Positions 13,496-26,316 of a DNA stretch of 64,000 nucleotides are shown here, piece by piece. Source of the stretch: the human T2T-CHM13v2.0 reference genome, Homo sapiens; NCBI RefSeq assembly GCF_009914755.1, contig NC_060931.1; one strand, 5' to 3'. The notes below the pieces were generated by a model. That model did not search any database. It saw only the letters and a list, made by a program, of their open reading frames with translations, and was not told where the DNA came from. Each line of letters starts with the position of its first letter. Within the stretch, counting starts at the first letter, position 1. The position numbers were made by a program, and so were the translations under genes.

Positions 13496-14316
13496 TTTTT
13501 TAAATTTTATTATTATTATACTTTAAGTTTTAGGGTACATGTGCACAATGTGCAGGTTAGTTACATATGTATACATGTGCCATGCTGGTGTGCTGCACCC
13601 ATTAACTCGTCATTTAACATTAGGTATATCTCCTAATGCTATCCATCCCCCCTCCCCCCACCCGACAACAGTCCCCAGAGTGTGATGTTCCCCTTCCTGT
13701 GTCCATGTGTTCTCATTGTTCAATTCCCACCTATGAGTGAGAACAGGCGGTGTTTGGTTTTTTGTCCTTGTGATAGTTTACTGAGAATGATGATTTCCAG
13801 TTTCATCCATGTCCCTACAAAGGACATGAACTCATCATTTTTTACGGCCGCATAGTATTCCATGGTGTATATGTGCCACATTTTCTTAATCCAGTCTATC
13901 ATTGTTGGACATTTGGGTTGGTTCCAAGTCTTTGCTATTGTGAATAATGCCGCAATAAACATACGTGTGCATGTGTCTTTATAGCAGCATGATTTATAAT
14001 CCTTTGGGTATATACCCAGTAATGGGATGGCTGGGTCAAATGGTATTTCTAGTTCTAGATCCCTGAGGAATCGCCACACTGACTTCCACAATGGTTGAAC
14101 TACTTTACAGTCCCACCAACAGTGTAAAAGTGTTACTATTTCTCCACGTCCTCTCCAGCACCTGTTGTTTCCTGACTTTTTAATGATCGCCATTCTAACT
14201 GGTGTGAGATGGTATCTCATTGTGGTTTTGATTTGCATTTCTCTGATGGCCAGTGATGGTGAGCATTTTTTCATGTGTTTTTTGGCTGCATAAATGTCTT
14301 CTTTTGAGAAGTGTCT
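13496..14316 (-). mobile_element. 5'-truncated young L1PA (ORF2 C-terminus and 3' UTR)
   Basis: ORF 13720-14352 is the L1 ORF2 C-terminus (..FSLIGGN); perfect 15-bp TSD gagaacagacatctt at 13481 and 14317. Confidence 0.95.
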
Positions 14317-15019
14317 GAGAACAGACATCTTAAAAGTATTGAAACTTCCCATTCACGAACAAAATTGTTTTCCTCACTTATTTAGGTTTTCTTTTATGCC
14401 CTTCAGTAAAGTCTTGTCAGGATTGTTCCTAAGTATTTGATATGATGATTATAAATAAACCTCTTGTTCTTATTTTATTTTCTAACTGACTCCTATTGTT
14501 GTGAATAAAAGCTATAGTTTATTTTATGTTGAGCATATACTTAGCTATTTTGATTAAACTTTCTTACTGGCTTTAAAATTTGTCACTTTGGGGTTATCAG
14601 GTAAATTCTTATCTGCAAATTGTGAAAATGTTGTAACTCCCTTTCCAATATTTGAAATGTTTTCCTTATTTTATTACATTAGCAGGGACCTTGAGTTAAA
14701 AGTTAAACAGTTGTCTTCTAGTCAACAATGGGCCTGCTTCTAATATCTCACTATTAAGGATAGTGCTTATTCTCGGTAGATTCTTTTATGAAGACAAAGA
14801 AGTTACCTTATATTTCTTTATTTTACAAAAGTTTTTTAATTATTATAAACATATTTCCTTCAGAATGCTTTTCCGAAATCAAGTGAGATGATTGGATTTC
14901 CCTCCCTAAATATATTAATGTAGTGAATTCCATAAAAAGATTTCTAATGTTGAGCCATCTTTATGTTCCCAAGATAAATCCATACTTCATTATGCTATTA
15001 TTTTTAATTGCTGTTTTCA

Positions 15020-15369
<350 letters not shown>

Positions 15370-15918
15370 ACTTGCTCATAAAAAAATCTGAGTCTGGAAC
15401 CTTAGTGGGGGCTGAGAGGTAGGGAAAATCATTACTTTATGACCACTTCAATGTCTATTATTTTTTCTCTATTTAGATTTTCCTGTTCTTTTGGAAGTTT
15501 AATCAAATTAGCCAAATATAGGCTCAACATATAATAAACTGTGGCTTTTATTCACATCAATAACAGCCAGTTAGAAAATAAAATATATACCTCTGTGTCT
15601 GTTACTACTTTTTCATTATTTAGGTTTTTCAGTTCTTCTTTTGCCAATTTTAGTAGTTTTGAAATATATAGAGATATTCCTCTTATTTATTAATTTTTAA
15701 GATCCATACTTTATTTTGTCTTAATCCTAATTTTCAAAGGTTGATTTATTTTATATGACCTATTAATGAATTCATTTTTTCCAAATTATTTCAATGAATA
15801 GTTTCATTTATTCATTAATTGTTATATTTACCTTTCTTCATTCCTTTCTTGGATTTATTTTTGTTCTTTTTTTTAGATTGTTAGAATGATTGCTTAGTTC
15901 TTTTGTTTTTAACCTAAG

Positions 15919-16200
15919 TTTTTTTTTTTTCTTTTTTTGAGACAGAGTCTCGCTCTGTTACCCAGACTACAGTGCAGTGGCGCGATCTCAGCTCACTGCA
16001 GACTTTGCCTCCCGGGTTCAAGCAATTCTCTGCCTCAGCCTCTTGAGTAGCTGGGATTACAGGCGCCCGCCATCACGCCCGGCTAATTTTTGTATTTTAG
16101 TAGAGACGGCCAGGCTGGTCTTGGACTCCTGATCTCGTGATCCACCCACCTCAGCCTCCCAAAGTGCTGCGATTACAGGCGTGAACCACCGCACACAGCC
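15919..16200 (-). mobile_element. AluS
   Basis: Reverse Alu with ctaagttttt TSD. Confidence 0.95.
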
Positions 16201-16284
16201 CTAAGTTTTTAATAAATGCATTTAAGATGACAAAATTTCCTAAGTATTCCTTTGGCTACATATCACAGGTTTTGAGAAATGTAT

Positions 16285-17453
16285 TATGATATATATATAC
16301 AGATAGATATATAGATACAGATAGATATAAGCTTTCATCCACAGTTCCTGGCTTATAATTCCCATAGCCCTTGTTTTTTCCTAACTGATTAAACAATGAG
16401 CATATATTTTATTAAAGTATTTGGCCTTTGTTCTTGGTTCCTGAAGCAGCTTCAGAATAGTTTCAGAGCAATAACGGTAAAAGATAGTATCTTGTTGTAA
16501 TGTTGGGGCACTTTAGGCCTCAGAAACAGGCCTCAGAAAACAGAATATCTCTCTCTGACCCTCTCACTCCCTCCTTTCACCTTCTCCTTTTTCTCCCCAA
16601 GACAAGCCGCAGAAACTAAAATCTACTCTAATTTCCCCCAACCTTTCTGTCTTAGAGCTGGCCATAAAGAAATTCTCTGACCTACCTTGTCTGATTGTAG
16701 GTCATAAGACCCTCATTTCAGAAGAGGTCCTGCCCATACCTGGAAGGGATGCTACACAGTGAGACCAAGAAGACTGAACAGAGAGGCCTTTCTGGGTTTC
16801 CCCTCTGAGTCTATTAGCATCAGCTGTATCCCTTTTGTTCCATCACATTTCTACATGGTTGCTCAGTCTTCAATCGTGCCCATTCAGTGAAATCTCCATA
16901 AGACGCCCAAAGAGGATGGGGTACAGAGAGCTTGGACAGCTGAACACAAAGAGACTTACAGGAAAGTGAACAAGACTCATCTACAGTAGGGTGGGAGCAC
17001 CCTAACTCCATGCGAATGGAAGCTCCTGCACTTGGTACCTTTTCAAACCTCGCACTATGAATTTCTTTATCTGGCTTTTTATTTATATCCTTTAAAATAT
17101 CTTTTATAATAAATGGATAAATGTGTTTCCCTGAGTTTTGTGAGCTGCTCTAGCAAATTGACTACGCTTAAAGAGGGGGTTGTGGGAACCCCAACCGGAA
17201 GCTGGTAGATCAGAAGTTCAGAGGCCTGGACTTGCGACTGGTGTCTGACGCGGGGCAGTCTTGTGGGAACTGACACTATCTCCTGGAAGATGACATAAGA
17301 ATTGAATTGGATTAGAAGACGCCCAGCTGGTGTCCACTACAGAACTGATTGCTTGCTTGTTGGTTGGGAGAAATCTCCACACATTGGGTAAAAGAAGTTT
17401 GCTGTGTTGATTGCTGTGGTGTAAGAGCAGAAGAAAAAGTTATTTTCTACACA
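16285..17453 (+). mobile_element. ERV LTR, MER21/MER4-like
   Basis: Recognisable motifs (gtgagctgctctagcaaatt, gggggttgtgggaacccc, aattctctgacctaccttgtctgattgtaggtcataagaccc); subfamily uncertain. Confidence 0.7.
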
Positions 17454-17535
17454 GTATGTAATGGTCTTATTTTGAATCTATTCTAAACATACTTTTTGCA
17501 ATCTTTGCTAACATAAAAATTTACATTTTCTTTAC

Positions 17536-17715
17536 TTATTTAATTTGCTATATAGCCTTATTATCCTTTGTATTCCTTGGATACTCAGTGGAGATGAAAT
17601 GTTTATTCTCTGAAAATAGAAAAGCCATGTAGACTACAGAGATCATACTGGGTGACTAGAGATTGAATAGTGCACAATATTTCAATCCTATAAACATGGA
17701 TCCTTAACGTGTGAC
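17536..17715 (-). pseudogene. Candidate relic exon, C-terminal half of a DED (EILCTIQSLVTQYDL)
   Basis: ttttctccag acceptor; resembles DEDD QVLQLLRIITRHDL; phase needs a frameshift. Confidence 0.35.
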
Positions 17716-18664
17716 CTGGAGAAAATATTATCCATGTAATGTCCTCTAGTCTTCCAAAAAGACTTAACACTCCCTTGAGAAGGAGAACAACAATAATCAG
17801 TTGAGACTGGAACTCAACAAGCAGGCTCACATTATTAATATTTTTATTTCTAGGCTCTAGAAAAAAGGCTGCTTCTAATTATACTCAAGGTCCAATCCAT
17901 TGTAATTTTTTTAAAAAATATTAACAGTTCCCCCTTGTAGCCTTGGTCAAACATTAAGCCCTAAATTGGTAAGGATGTCTATTGGACTGAAAAAGATATT
18001 TCTCAGTGTCTGGGAAAGGAAGAATTGGTCAGATGGTGTGAAGTTCAACTGTGGAACTCATAATCTCTGGCAAATTATGCTGCTTCTAACAAAAACATTC
18101 ATGCACACTCATATCCTTTCTTACACCAACTTAATACAGAATTCTGCTAATTTAACTAAGGTAAATGTTTCACACAAAACCCAATTTTGCAGACATTTTA
18201 TTTTTCTTTTATGTTTTGATTGTCACCTTTCAGCTCAAAGGGTTTTAGGGAGCTAGAAACTCTATTTTTGCAGTGTACAGACTTTCCGTTTCTCCTTTTC
18301 ATTCACATTTCTAAAGATGATTGGTTATGAATTTAATCTTGTTAACACCATGACCTTTTCACCACCAAGTTTTAAGAATTACCTGTTAGACCACTGTATG
18401 ATACCACTAGCAAGTAAAGTACTGGGGATATATGAAGTTATCAGGCAGAGCAGTATTTGTTCCCTATCAATGTGTATCTAACAAAACATTACACAGAATA
18501 CTTTCTGCCTGCTTTAAAACATTTCGATTAATTTTCTTTTTTGTTCTAAGATGAATAATATTTACATTTCAATTAAAATTTAACTAAATTTGGCAAGCCA
18601 TGGGGAGTTCAAAAGTTTGTGAAGGTCCAGAAACCTTAATATTTTATTTGAATTGAATACTCAC

Positions 18665-18823
18665 TTTTTAACCTTAGCCATAAAGCTATATTGGTCTGTT
18701 TCCCACTTAGAACTCATCAATTCTTGTACATTATTCAGTAATTGGTCAAGTACCTGTGACCCAGGAGTTGCTGATGTGACATTGTCCTTAAAGAAATAAT
18801 ATTTTGCAAATAATTCATGATAC
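18665..18823 (-). pseudogene. Open relic exon, DED-like: YHELFAKYYFFKDNVTSATPGSQVLDQLLNNVQELMSSKWETDQYSFMAKVK
   Basis: tctttacag / gtgagt; 159 nt, phase 2-2, no stop; YFFKDNV..GSQVLDQL ~ DEDD FLFVDVI..GRDFLLAL. Confidence 0.6.
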
Positions 18824-19023
18824 CTGTAAAGAACTTTTGGGGTCCTAAGTGGTGGAGACAGATTGTGACTGTATTTACTGATTTTTACTAGAAAGTTGCT
18901 CAACTCACTACTTAACCCTTGCCTAAATGGTTGTGTGTTAGCATATACAAATTAAGTGTACATATCAGATCTAATTTGTAAGTTTTATTGGTTATTATAA
19001 AAAAAAAAAAAACCTTTCATTTT

Positions 19024-19369
<346 letters not shown>

Positions 19370-19769
19370 TCAACTGCCAAATAATAAAACCTTGTTAATA
19401 AAATATTAACAAATCGAAGGAAAAACTCTGAGGTTTTTATTAAAAATTGTATACTTGTATCTACCTTTATTCTTTTAAAGAGAAACAGAAAGCCTTGTCT
19501 TTGATTTTTAATTAGTAAATATGATGAATTTGTATTAAGTGAAAGAGGTTTTTAATTTCTACTTGTGTAAAACATTTACCTCCCTTAAATTATAGTCATG
19601 AAAATGAAGACAAAAATCAAAATACAGTCTCTGCCATCAAAGTCAAAGAACATGATCTTTTTTTATCTCCAGGTTAATTTTTAGTGTGAAAGCAAACTAT
19701 CGTAAGCACAATCACATCCTCTTATAATGGTGAAATTCACCTTGTTTTGAGGAGAAAGGTTGCTGTGGA

Positions 19770-20370
19770 ACTTCTTTTGAGAATTGTCTATTCATGTCGT
19801 TAGCCCACTTCTTTATGGGATTGTTTTTTTCTTGTTAATTGGTTTGAGTTCCTTGTAGATTCTGAATATTAATCCTTTGTCTAATGCATAGTTTGTGAAA
19901 ATTCTCTCCCACTCTGTGGGTTGTCTGTTTACTTTGCTGATTATTTCTTTTGCCATGCAGAAGCTTTTTAGTTTAATTAAGTCCCATCCATTTATCTTTG
20001 TTTTTGTTGTGTTTGCTTTTGGGTTCTTGGTCATGAACTCTTTGCCTAAGCCAATTGTCTAGAAGAGTTTTTCGATGTTATCTTCTAGAATCTTTATGGT
20101 TTCAGGTCTTAGATTTAAGTCTTTGATCCACCTTGAGTTGATTTTTGTATAAAGTGAGAGATAAGGATCCAGTTTCTTTCTTCTACATATGGCTTGCCAA
20201 TTAATCCACACCATTTGAACATTTGAATCGGGTGTCCTTTCCCCACTTTACTTTTTTTTTTTTTTTTTTTGCTTTGTCGAAGATCAGTTGGCTGTAAGTA
20301 TTTGGCTTTATTTCTGGGTTCTCTATTCTCTTCCATTGGTCTATGTGCCTAGTTTTATACCTTTCCATGT
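19770..20370 (-). mobile_element. L1P ORF2 fragment
   Basis: ORF-track peptides [10 protein letters not shown] and RHIDQWKRIENPEI are L1 ORF2. Confidence 0.9.
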
Positions 20371-20437
20371 TCTTTACACAGTAGATTGTATTTTGATTCT
20401 TATGGTTATTAAACACAGAGCCTATAGCTACTTGGCT

Positions 20438-20742
20438 GTTGTTTGTTTGTCTAGACACAGGGTCTTGCTGTATTGTCCAGACTGGAGTGCAGTGGCACAG
20501 TCATAGCTCACTACAGCCTTAACCTCCCAGGCTCAAGTGATCCTCCCACCTCAGTTTCCCAAGTGAGTAGCTGGGACTACAGGTGCACGCCACCACACCC
20601 AGCTAATTAAAATAATTTTTTAGTAGACATGGGGGTCTTCCCTTATTGCCCAGACTGGTCTCAAACTCCTGGCTTAAAGTGGCCTTCCTGCCTTGGCCTC
20701 CCAAAGTGCTGGGACTACAGGTGTGAGCCACCATGCCTGACC
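20438..20742 (-). mobile_element. AluJ
   Basis: Reverse Alu with agcct..agctacttg TSD. Confidence 0.9.
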
Positions 20743-21125
20743 AAGCCTGCAGCTACTTGTAACCCAGTCCTGTAAATGCTCAATGGTCCTGGTCTTTGCT
20801 CTTTGGCTATGGCTGCTTGCCAGCTAGTTTATAAGCTGCATTGGCTTCTCGGCTCAATACATTTATCTTACAAACTCATTCTAGAGCATAAAAAAGGTAT
20901 ATATTTTTTCTACCTACATACTTATGGCTATCAGCTCACTAATCCAGCTCAATTATCTAGATATCTTGTTGGTATGCATTTATTACCCATGGCCACCTGA
21001 TCCAAAGTGCTGATGTATTTAGTATCTCTTCAATGATAAATTAATTTTATGTATAGCAAAGACTAGTTTATCCCCTAATTTGATTAAGCGATAGAAAATC
21101 AATTAATGACAAGCCATTCACTTAC

Positions 21126-21221
21126 TCTGGTAACCTTAAAAGTCAGTCAACATGCATGTTCTATGTTCTTATTGAATTTAAGGTATTATCTCCGGGAAAT
21201 TATCTGAATTGCCAAATTCAC
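21126..21221 (-). pseudogene. Relic exon carrying the GREB1 terminal motif (E/WQFR*FPGDNTLN) but ending in a splice donor
   Basis: GAA-tt-TGG CAA TTC AGA = E/WQFR ~ GREB1 EWQFRLRDEFQTAN; strong gtaagt donor at phase 2; 5' boundary uncertain. Confidence 0.5.
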
Positions 21222-21659
21222 CTAGAATTGCTAGAATTAGGCAAACTTATGTTATTACATGTTTCCTTCCTGTGTATTTTTCCTTCCTGCCCCCTCTCTT
21301 TTATTCTTTTTCTCATTTCATCTTTTGAATACAAAGTAAATAATGATTACATTCCATTTACATGGTCACAAGAAAAATATCTAAATTTCATCTATATACT
21401 TGGAAACACATCACTACCAGTCATAAAATGGGAGCTAATATTCATTGTATGTGCTAATTGCTCTACATGTGCTATTTCATGGCCATTCTAGGAGGAATGA
21501 ATACTATCATTATGAGTCCTGTTTTGCAAATTGGCATAGAGAGGTTAATTAGAGTACCCAAGGTCATACAGATAGTAATAGTGACATCAGGATTCACTCA
21601 AATTATCTAACTCCAGAGCCTAGAGCCTAGGAGTGCTCATTCATGTACACACAAACACA

Positions 21660-21707
<48 letters not shown>

Positions 21708-22067
21708 CTATGTATATTAACATTTAAACTTCATAATAACCTTTAAAGTAAGCACAAAAGTGTATTCTATACAAATAGAAAAACCGAGGCACAGAGAGAT
21801 TAAATAATTTGCTCAAGTTAACACAATTGATAGGTAGACAAACTGGGAGCCCAAGCATTTTAGCTTCAGAATCTGTGCTTTTAACTGTTATAGTCTTTCT
21901 CTGTGAAAAATGATCATAGCAAAAACATGCCATTTCTAGCAATAAATATGTGTCTATATGGAGACACATTTGCAGAAATAGAATGTACCACAAATACACT
22001 TATTTTTGTTCTGAAGCATCTTTATTTTCCATCTCTATTGCCAATGTTTTTTTTATTTTTGTAGTAC

Positions 22068-22463
22068 CTTTTTTATATATATACTTAAAGGTCTAGGGTA
22101 CATGTGCACAACGTGCAGGTTTGATACCTAGGTATATGTATGCTATGTTGGTTTGCTGCACCCATCAACTCATCATTTACATTAGGTATTTCTCCTAATG
22201 CTATCCCTCCCCCAGTCCCCCACCCCCCAACAGGCCCCAGTGTGTGATGTTCCCTGCCCTGTGTCCAAGTGATCTCATTGTTCAATTCCCACCTATCAGT
22301 GAGAACATGCAGTGTTTGGTTTTCTGCACTTGTGATAGTTTGCTGAGAATGATGGTTTCCAGCTTCATCCATGTCCCTGCAAAGTACACGAACTTATCCT
22401 TTTTTATGGCTGCATAGTATTCCATGGTGTATATGTGCCACATTTTCTTAATCCAGTCTATCA
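22068..22463 (-). mobile_element. L1PA 3'-end fragment
   Basis: [23 protein letters not shown] plus 3' UTR. Confidence 0.95.
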
Positions 22464-23469
22464 GGCAGTTTCCCAGTGCTGGCAAAACCTGTACACATTT
22501 GTATTACACAAATTCCACATATGTTTCTGATTCATCCCAGTTATTAGTAATTAATATTTTTGCTGGTCTTTACATTTACATTTGGCTTATTTATTCTAAA
22601 TGAGAATCAAATACAAAGGGAAGATATATTTGGGGTCTGAGAATGGAATTAAGGTGGATGGCAACTTCAATTTGTGAAATGATATTTAAAGAAATCTGAG
22701 TTAGAAAGATATATTAAAACACAGTCTATTCACACTCAGATCACATTCACAGTATGAGGTGCTAATTGATAAAAACATGACATTGATGACAACAGATTAA
22801 TTCCAGATACAGTCTCCATAATATTATGACTAGAGGAGCAGTAATGAACTTTTCATTGTTATTATGCAGTAGAGAGAACCATAATTGTTTCACCCAGTGT
22901 GACTATTTGATTAATGTTTGTCATAGTCTCCATTCCCTACGTTCCATATTCACTCAGATACTAGGCCTGTTTTAAATCACTAGTGTATGCTCAATGTTGG
23001 GCCCAGAGAAGGCCCTCAATAAATAATGAATGAATGAATGAATGAATGGATGGATGAATGAATGGAGGTATAATAGTGACTGAAATTTAAGTGCATAGAA
23101 GCCTAAATTCAATCCCCCATATACCACATATGAAGCCAATGGCACCAAGTTTAAGTTTATTTCACCAGATGGAGGGCCAAACTGGTACAGTAGCTCCTAC
23201 CTTGATGGAATGGCTGAGTTATGACTAGGAAGACAACTGTGACCAGAGCTGGCAGCACCTGGAGACATTCGTCTCTATTTATTCCCTGATTCAAAATAAA
23301 AGAATTACTCCTCAACTGAAGCTATGACCCTGTGGATTACTCCTTCCTCCTTGACACTATTTCTTTAGCTGGCTCCCAAGACGCCACATTCTCCTTGGTT
23401 TCTCCTATCACACTCTTCGCTCATTTGGGTTCTTTTGCTGGTTTCCCTTCTTCTTCCCCACTTCTTGTC

Positions 23470-24440
23470 TTTTCATTCTTTTAATAGTGTCTTTAGAAGT
23501 GTAGACTTTTTAAGTTTTAGGAAGTCCTATTTATTATATTTTTATTTTATGGAGTATGTTTTTGGTGCTACAACTAATAAACCTCTGCCTAACCCAAGAT
23601 CACAAAGATTTTCTCCCGTGTTGTCTTCAAGAAGTTTTACAATTTTCAATTTAACATTTAGGTCTATGATCTATTTAGAGTTAATTTTCATGTATGGTGG
23701 AAGATATGAATTGAAGTTCATATGAATTAGCCATTGAGGAAATATAAATTAAAACCAAGATAACTTATCACCACATATTAAAATGGCTAAAATAAAAATT
23801 GCTGATTATGTCAAATAAAAAAATAAAAATTGCTGACTATATCAAGTGCTGGTGAGGATGTGGAGCAGCCCATACATTGCTGGTGTGAGTGCAAAGTGAT
23901 GCTGCCACTTTGGAAAATAATTTGTAAGTTTCTTGCCAAGTTAAACGTGCATTGCCATACGACTCAGCAATCTCACTCATAGTATTTACCCTCAAGAACT
24001 GAAAACTTATAGTCACATGAAAACATGTATATGAATATTTATAGGAACTGTTTTTATAATTGCCAAAACTGGAATCAGCCAATATGTCCTTCACTGGGTG
24101 AATGGACAAACAGTTGTTCACACATACAATGGAATACTATTCACCAATAAAAAGGAATGGACATTCAACAACATGGTTAACTCTCAAGGCATTATACTGA
24201 GTGGAAAAAGCCAGTTCAAAAGTTTACATAATATATGATTATATTATATGACATTCTCAATTATAAAATAGGGTGATGGAGAACAGATCAATGGTTTTCA
24301 GGGAAGGAAGAAGGGAGAAACATGACTCTAAGGGGATAGCATGAGAAGGATTTTTGGGGTGGCAGAACTTTTCTGTATCCTATTTTATATGAACCTATAC
24401 ATTTGCCAAAATTCATATAATGATACTGAAAAAATAATGA
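23470..24440. mobile_element. Old L1M with inverted 5' part (minus 23470-23722, plus 23723-24440)
   Basis: Two adjacent L1 3'-region segments in opposite orientation. Confidence 0.7.
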
Positions 24441-24659
24441 AAAACTGCAAATCTAATAGAATTCTTATGCTCATAAATATGTTCAGTTGTGCCTTGCTAC
24501 CTTCTTTTCTCTGGCAATCTACTCATATCTGAAAGTAAATGGAAAACTAGGAATTGACTGATCAAAATTGACGTTACTAATGAAGTATCAGAGATATATA
24601 TTAACTTGATAAGATTAATTTTAGTAGAAACCGGTTCTTCTACAGATAATTTTAGCTTC

Positions 24660-25380
24660 ATTCTCATTCTTGTATTTATTCATCTCAGAAATATATATTG
24701 AGCGCCTACTATGGGCCAGGAAGTATTTTAGGTACTGCGATAGAAGAGTAAAAAGCAAAGTCCCTGTACTCACATATCTTACTTTCTACTGGAGAGAAAT
24801 GGACCAAAACCAAAACAAATAAAAAACACACAAATAAGTATAGGGAACATCAGGGGTAAGAATTCCTGTGAAGGAAAAAGCAGAATGGAGGGATGGAGAA
24901 TGAAGACGGTTGGGAGAAAGAGAGAGTTGCTATTTTAGATGCACTGGTCCTGGAAGGGGCACCAAGAAAGTGATATTTATCTTGGCAAAAACGTGACAGA
25001 AGATATGGCTATCTAGATGTTCCAGAAGAGGGTAGAATAAGGACTAAGACCCTGAGGGGATTCTGGATCTGAGGGGTTCACAGAACAGCAAGGAAATGAG
25101 AGCAGCTAAAGCAGCATTAGGAGGGTAGCTGTGGCAGTGTGGTGGCCACGGGTCAGGTCTCACAGTGTAGTCCATTTAAAGAGTGAGTGAGTGAGATGCA
25201 AAACCACTCGCAGTTTTAAAGAACAGATTCATGATCTGAAATGTGTTTTAAAAATAATTGCTCTGGTCTGGGTAAAGATCAGATCTTAGGGTGGCAGACA
25301 GATCAATTATGGTGCTATTGAAATTGCCAGAGTAAGAGATAATGATGACTTGAACTAGGTGGGGATAGAGATGATCAATA
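24660..25380 (-). mobile_element. L2 fragment
   Basis: tattgagcgcctactatgggccagg and following L2-like motifs; approximate. Confidence 0.6.
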
Positions 25381-25725
25381 GGTTATCAAATTACAAAGCA
25401 CATTAGCATAAAGACTTACATTACATAAATATCTCAGTGTAATAAAAATATTAAAATGCTAATTTTTGTTCCTCGATAGCCTAGTTAGCATTCTGTAACA
25501 AGGCATTGATTTTTCTCAGTTTGATTTTATTATGAAATTATTATATATTTTTCTTATTTGCAGTATTAGGTTAAAGGATAATCTATTTTAAGTGGAAAGA
25601 TACAGCATATATCAAGATCTCTATAAAAATCCAAGGCCATATTTTGGAAGTTATATTAAACATAATAATGACATAAGGAGATATTTGGAAAAAATGAGAT
25701 TGATGATTTTCTCCTTGTATCTTAC

Positions 25726-25835
25726 TGGAATTATTTGAGGATAAATAGTTTTTTAGAACAAGCAAGACAAACAAGATCCTCCTCACTGCCAAATCAGTGA
25801 ACTTCTCAATTTCAAAAGAACTCTTTGGCTACTGC
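25726..25835 (-). pseudogene. Relic exon SFEIEKFTDLAVRRILFVLLVLKNYLSS
   Basis: gtaaga donor, weak acceptor; resembles GREB1 SLNISCSDLLFSGLLLYL. Confidence 0.55.
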
Positions 25836-26126
25836 CTAGAGCCATTTCCTCATTTTTGATGACAGCAAATGAGTGGTTCATTTTCTGTTTTACAGTGTTA
25901 TGCCCTTCAGCAAATTCTGAATAAAACTGCTGCACTTGTTTGGTGAGAACTTTTTCAACATTTCATGCTGAACATATCCACTGTTCATAACCAGAGCAGA
26001 TAAGTTCAAAGACTAAAGGCAACTTTCGAAACACAAATGCAAAATAAAATGAAAATATAATAATATGAAATCTTAACATTGATTTGCCAATGATCTGTCT
26101 TGAGTTGTTTATAAATCTGACCATAC

Positions 26127-26316
26127 CTTTGCAGTGCCAACCCAGGCTGGCAATAAGACATTTAGGACCAAGATTCCGAACAATTCATGCATGTTTCACA
26201 GGCCAAAGTTCAACTCATCATTTAAAACTTTTACTCAAGACCTTATAGAATCAAGTCATGCTTTCTACAAGTCAAAACATCTGCTGGTGCGCTGTTCACC
26301 TCCTTGTAAACATTGC
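26127..26316 (-). pseudogene. Relic exon NVYKEVNSAPADVLT.../VKVLNDELNFGL
   Basis: tttttctccatacattag / AAG|gtatgg; SAPADVL ~ AAPAQLL; VKVLNDELNFG ~ VLSVDCYLNLG. Confidence 0.7.

Noticed and set aside
13720-14352. Longest ORF (210 aa)
   Set aside because: C-terminus of L1 ORF2 in a truncated L1PA; not a host gene
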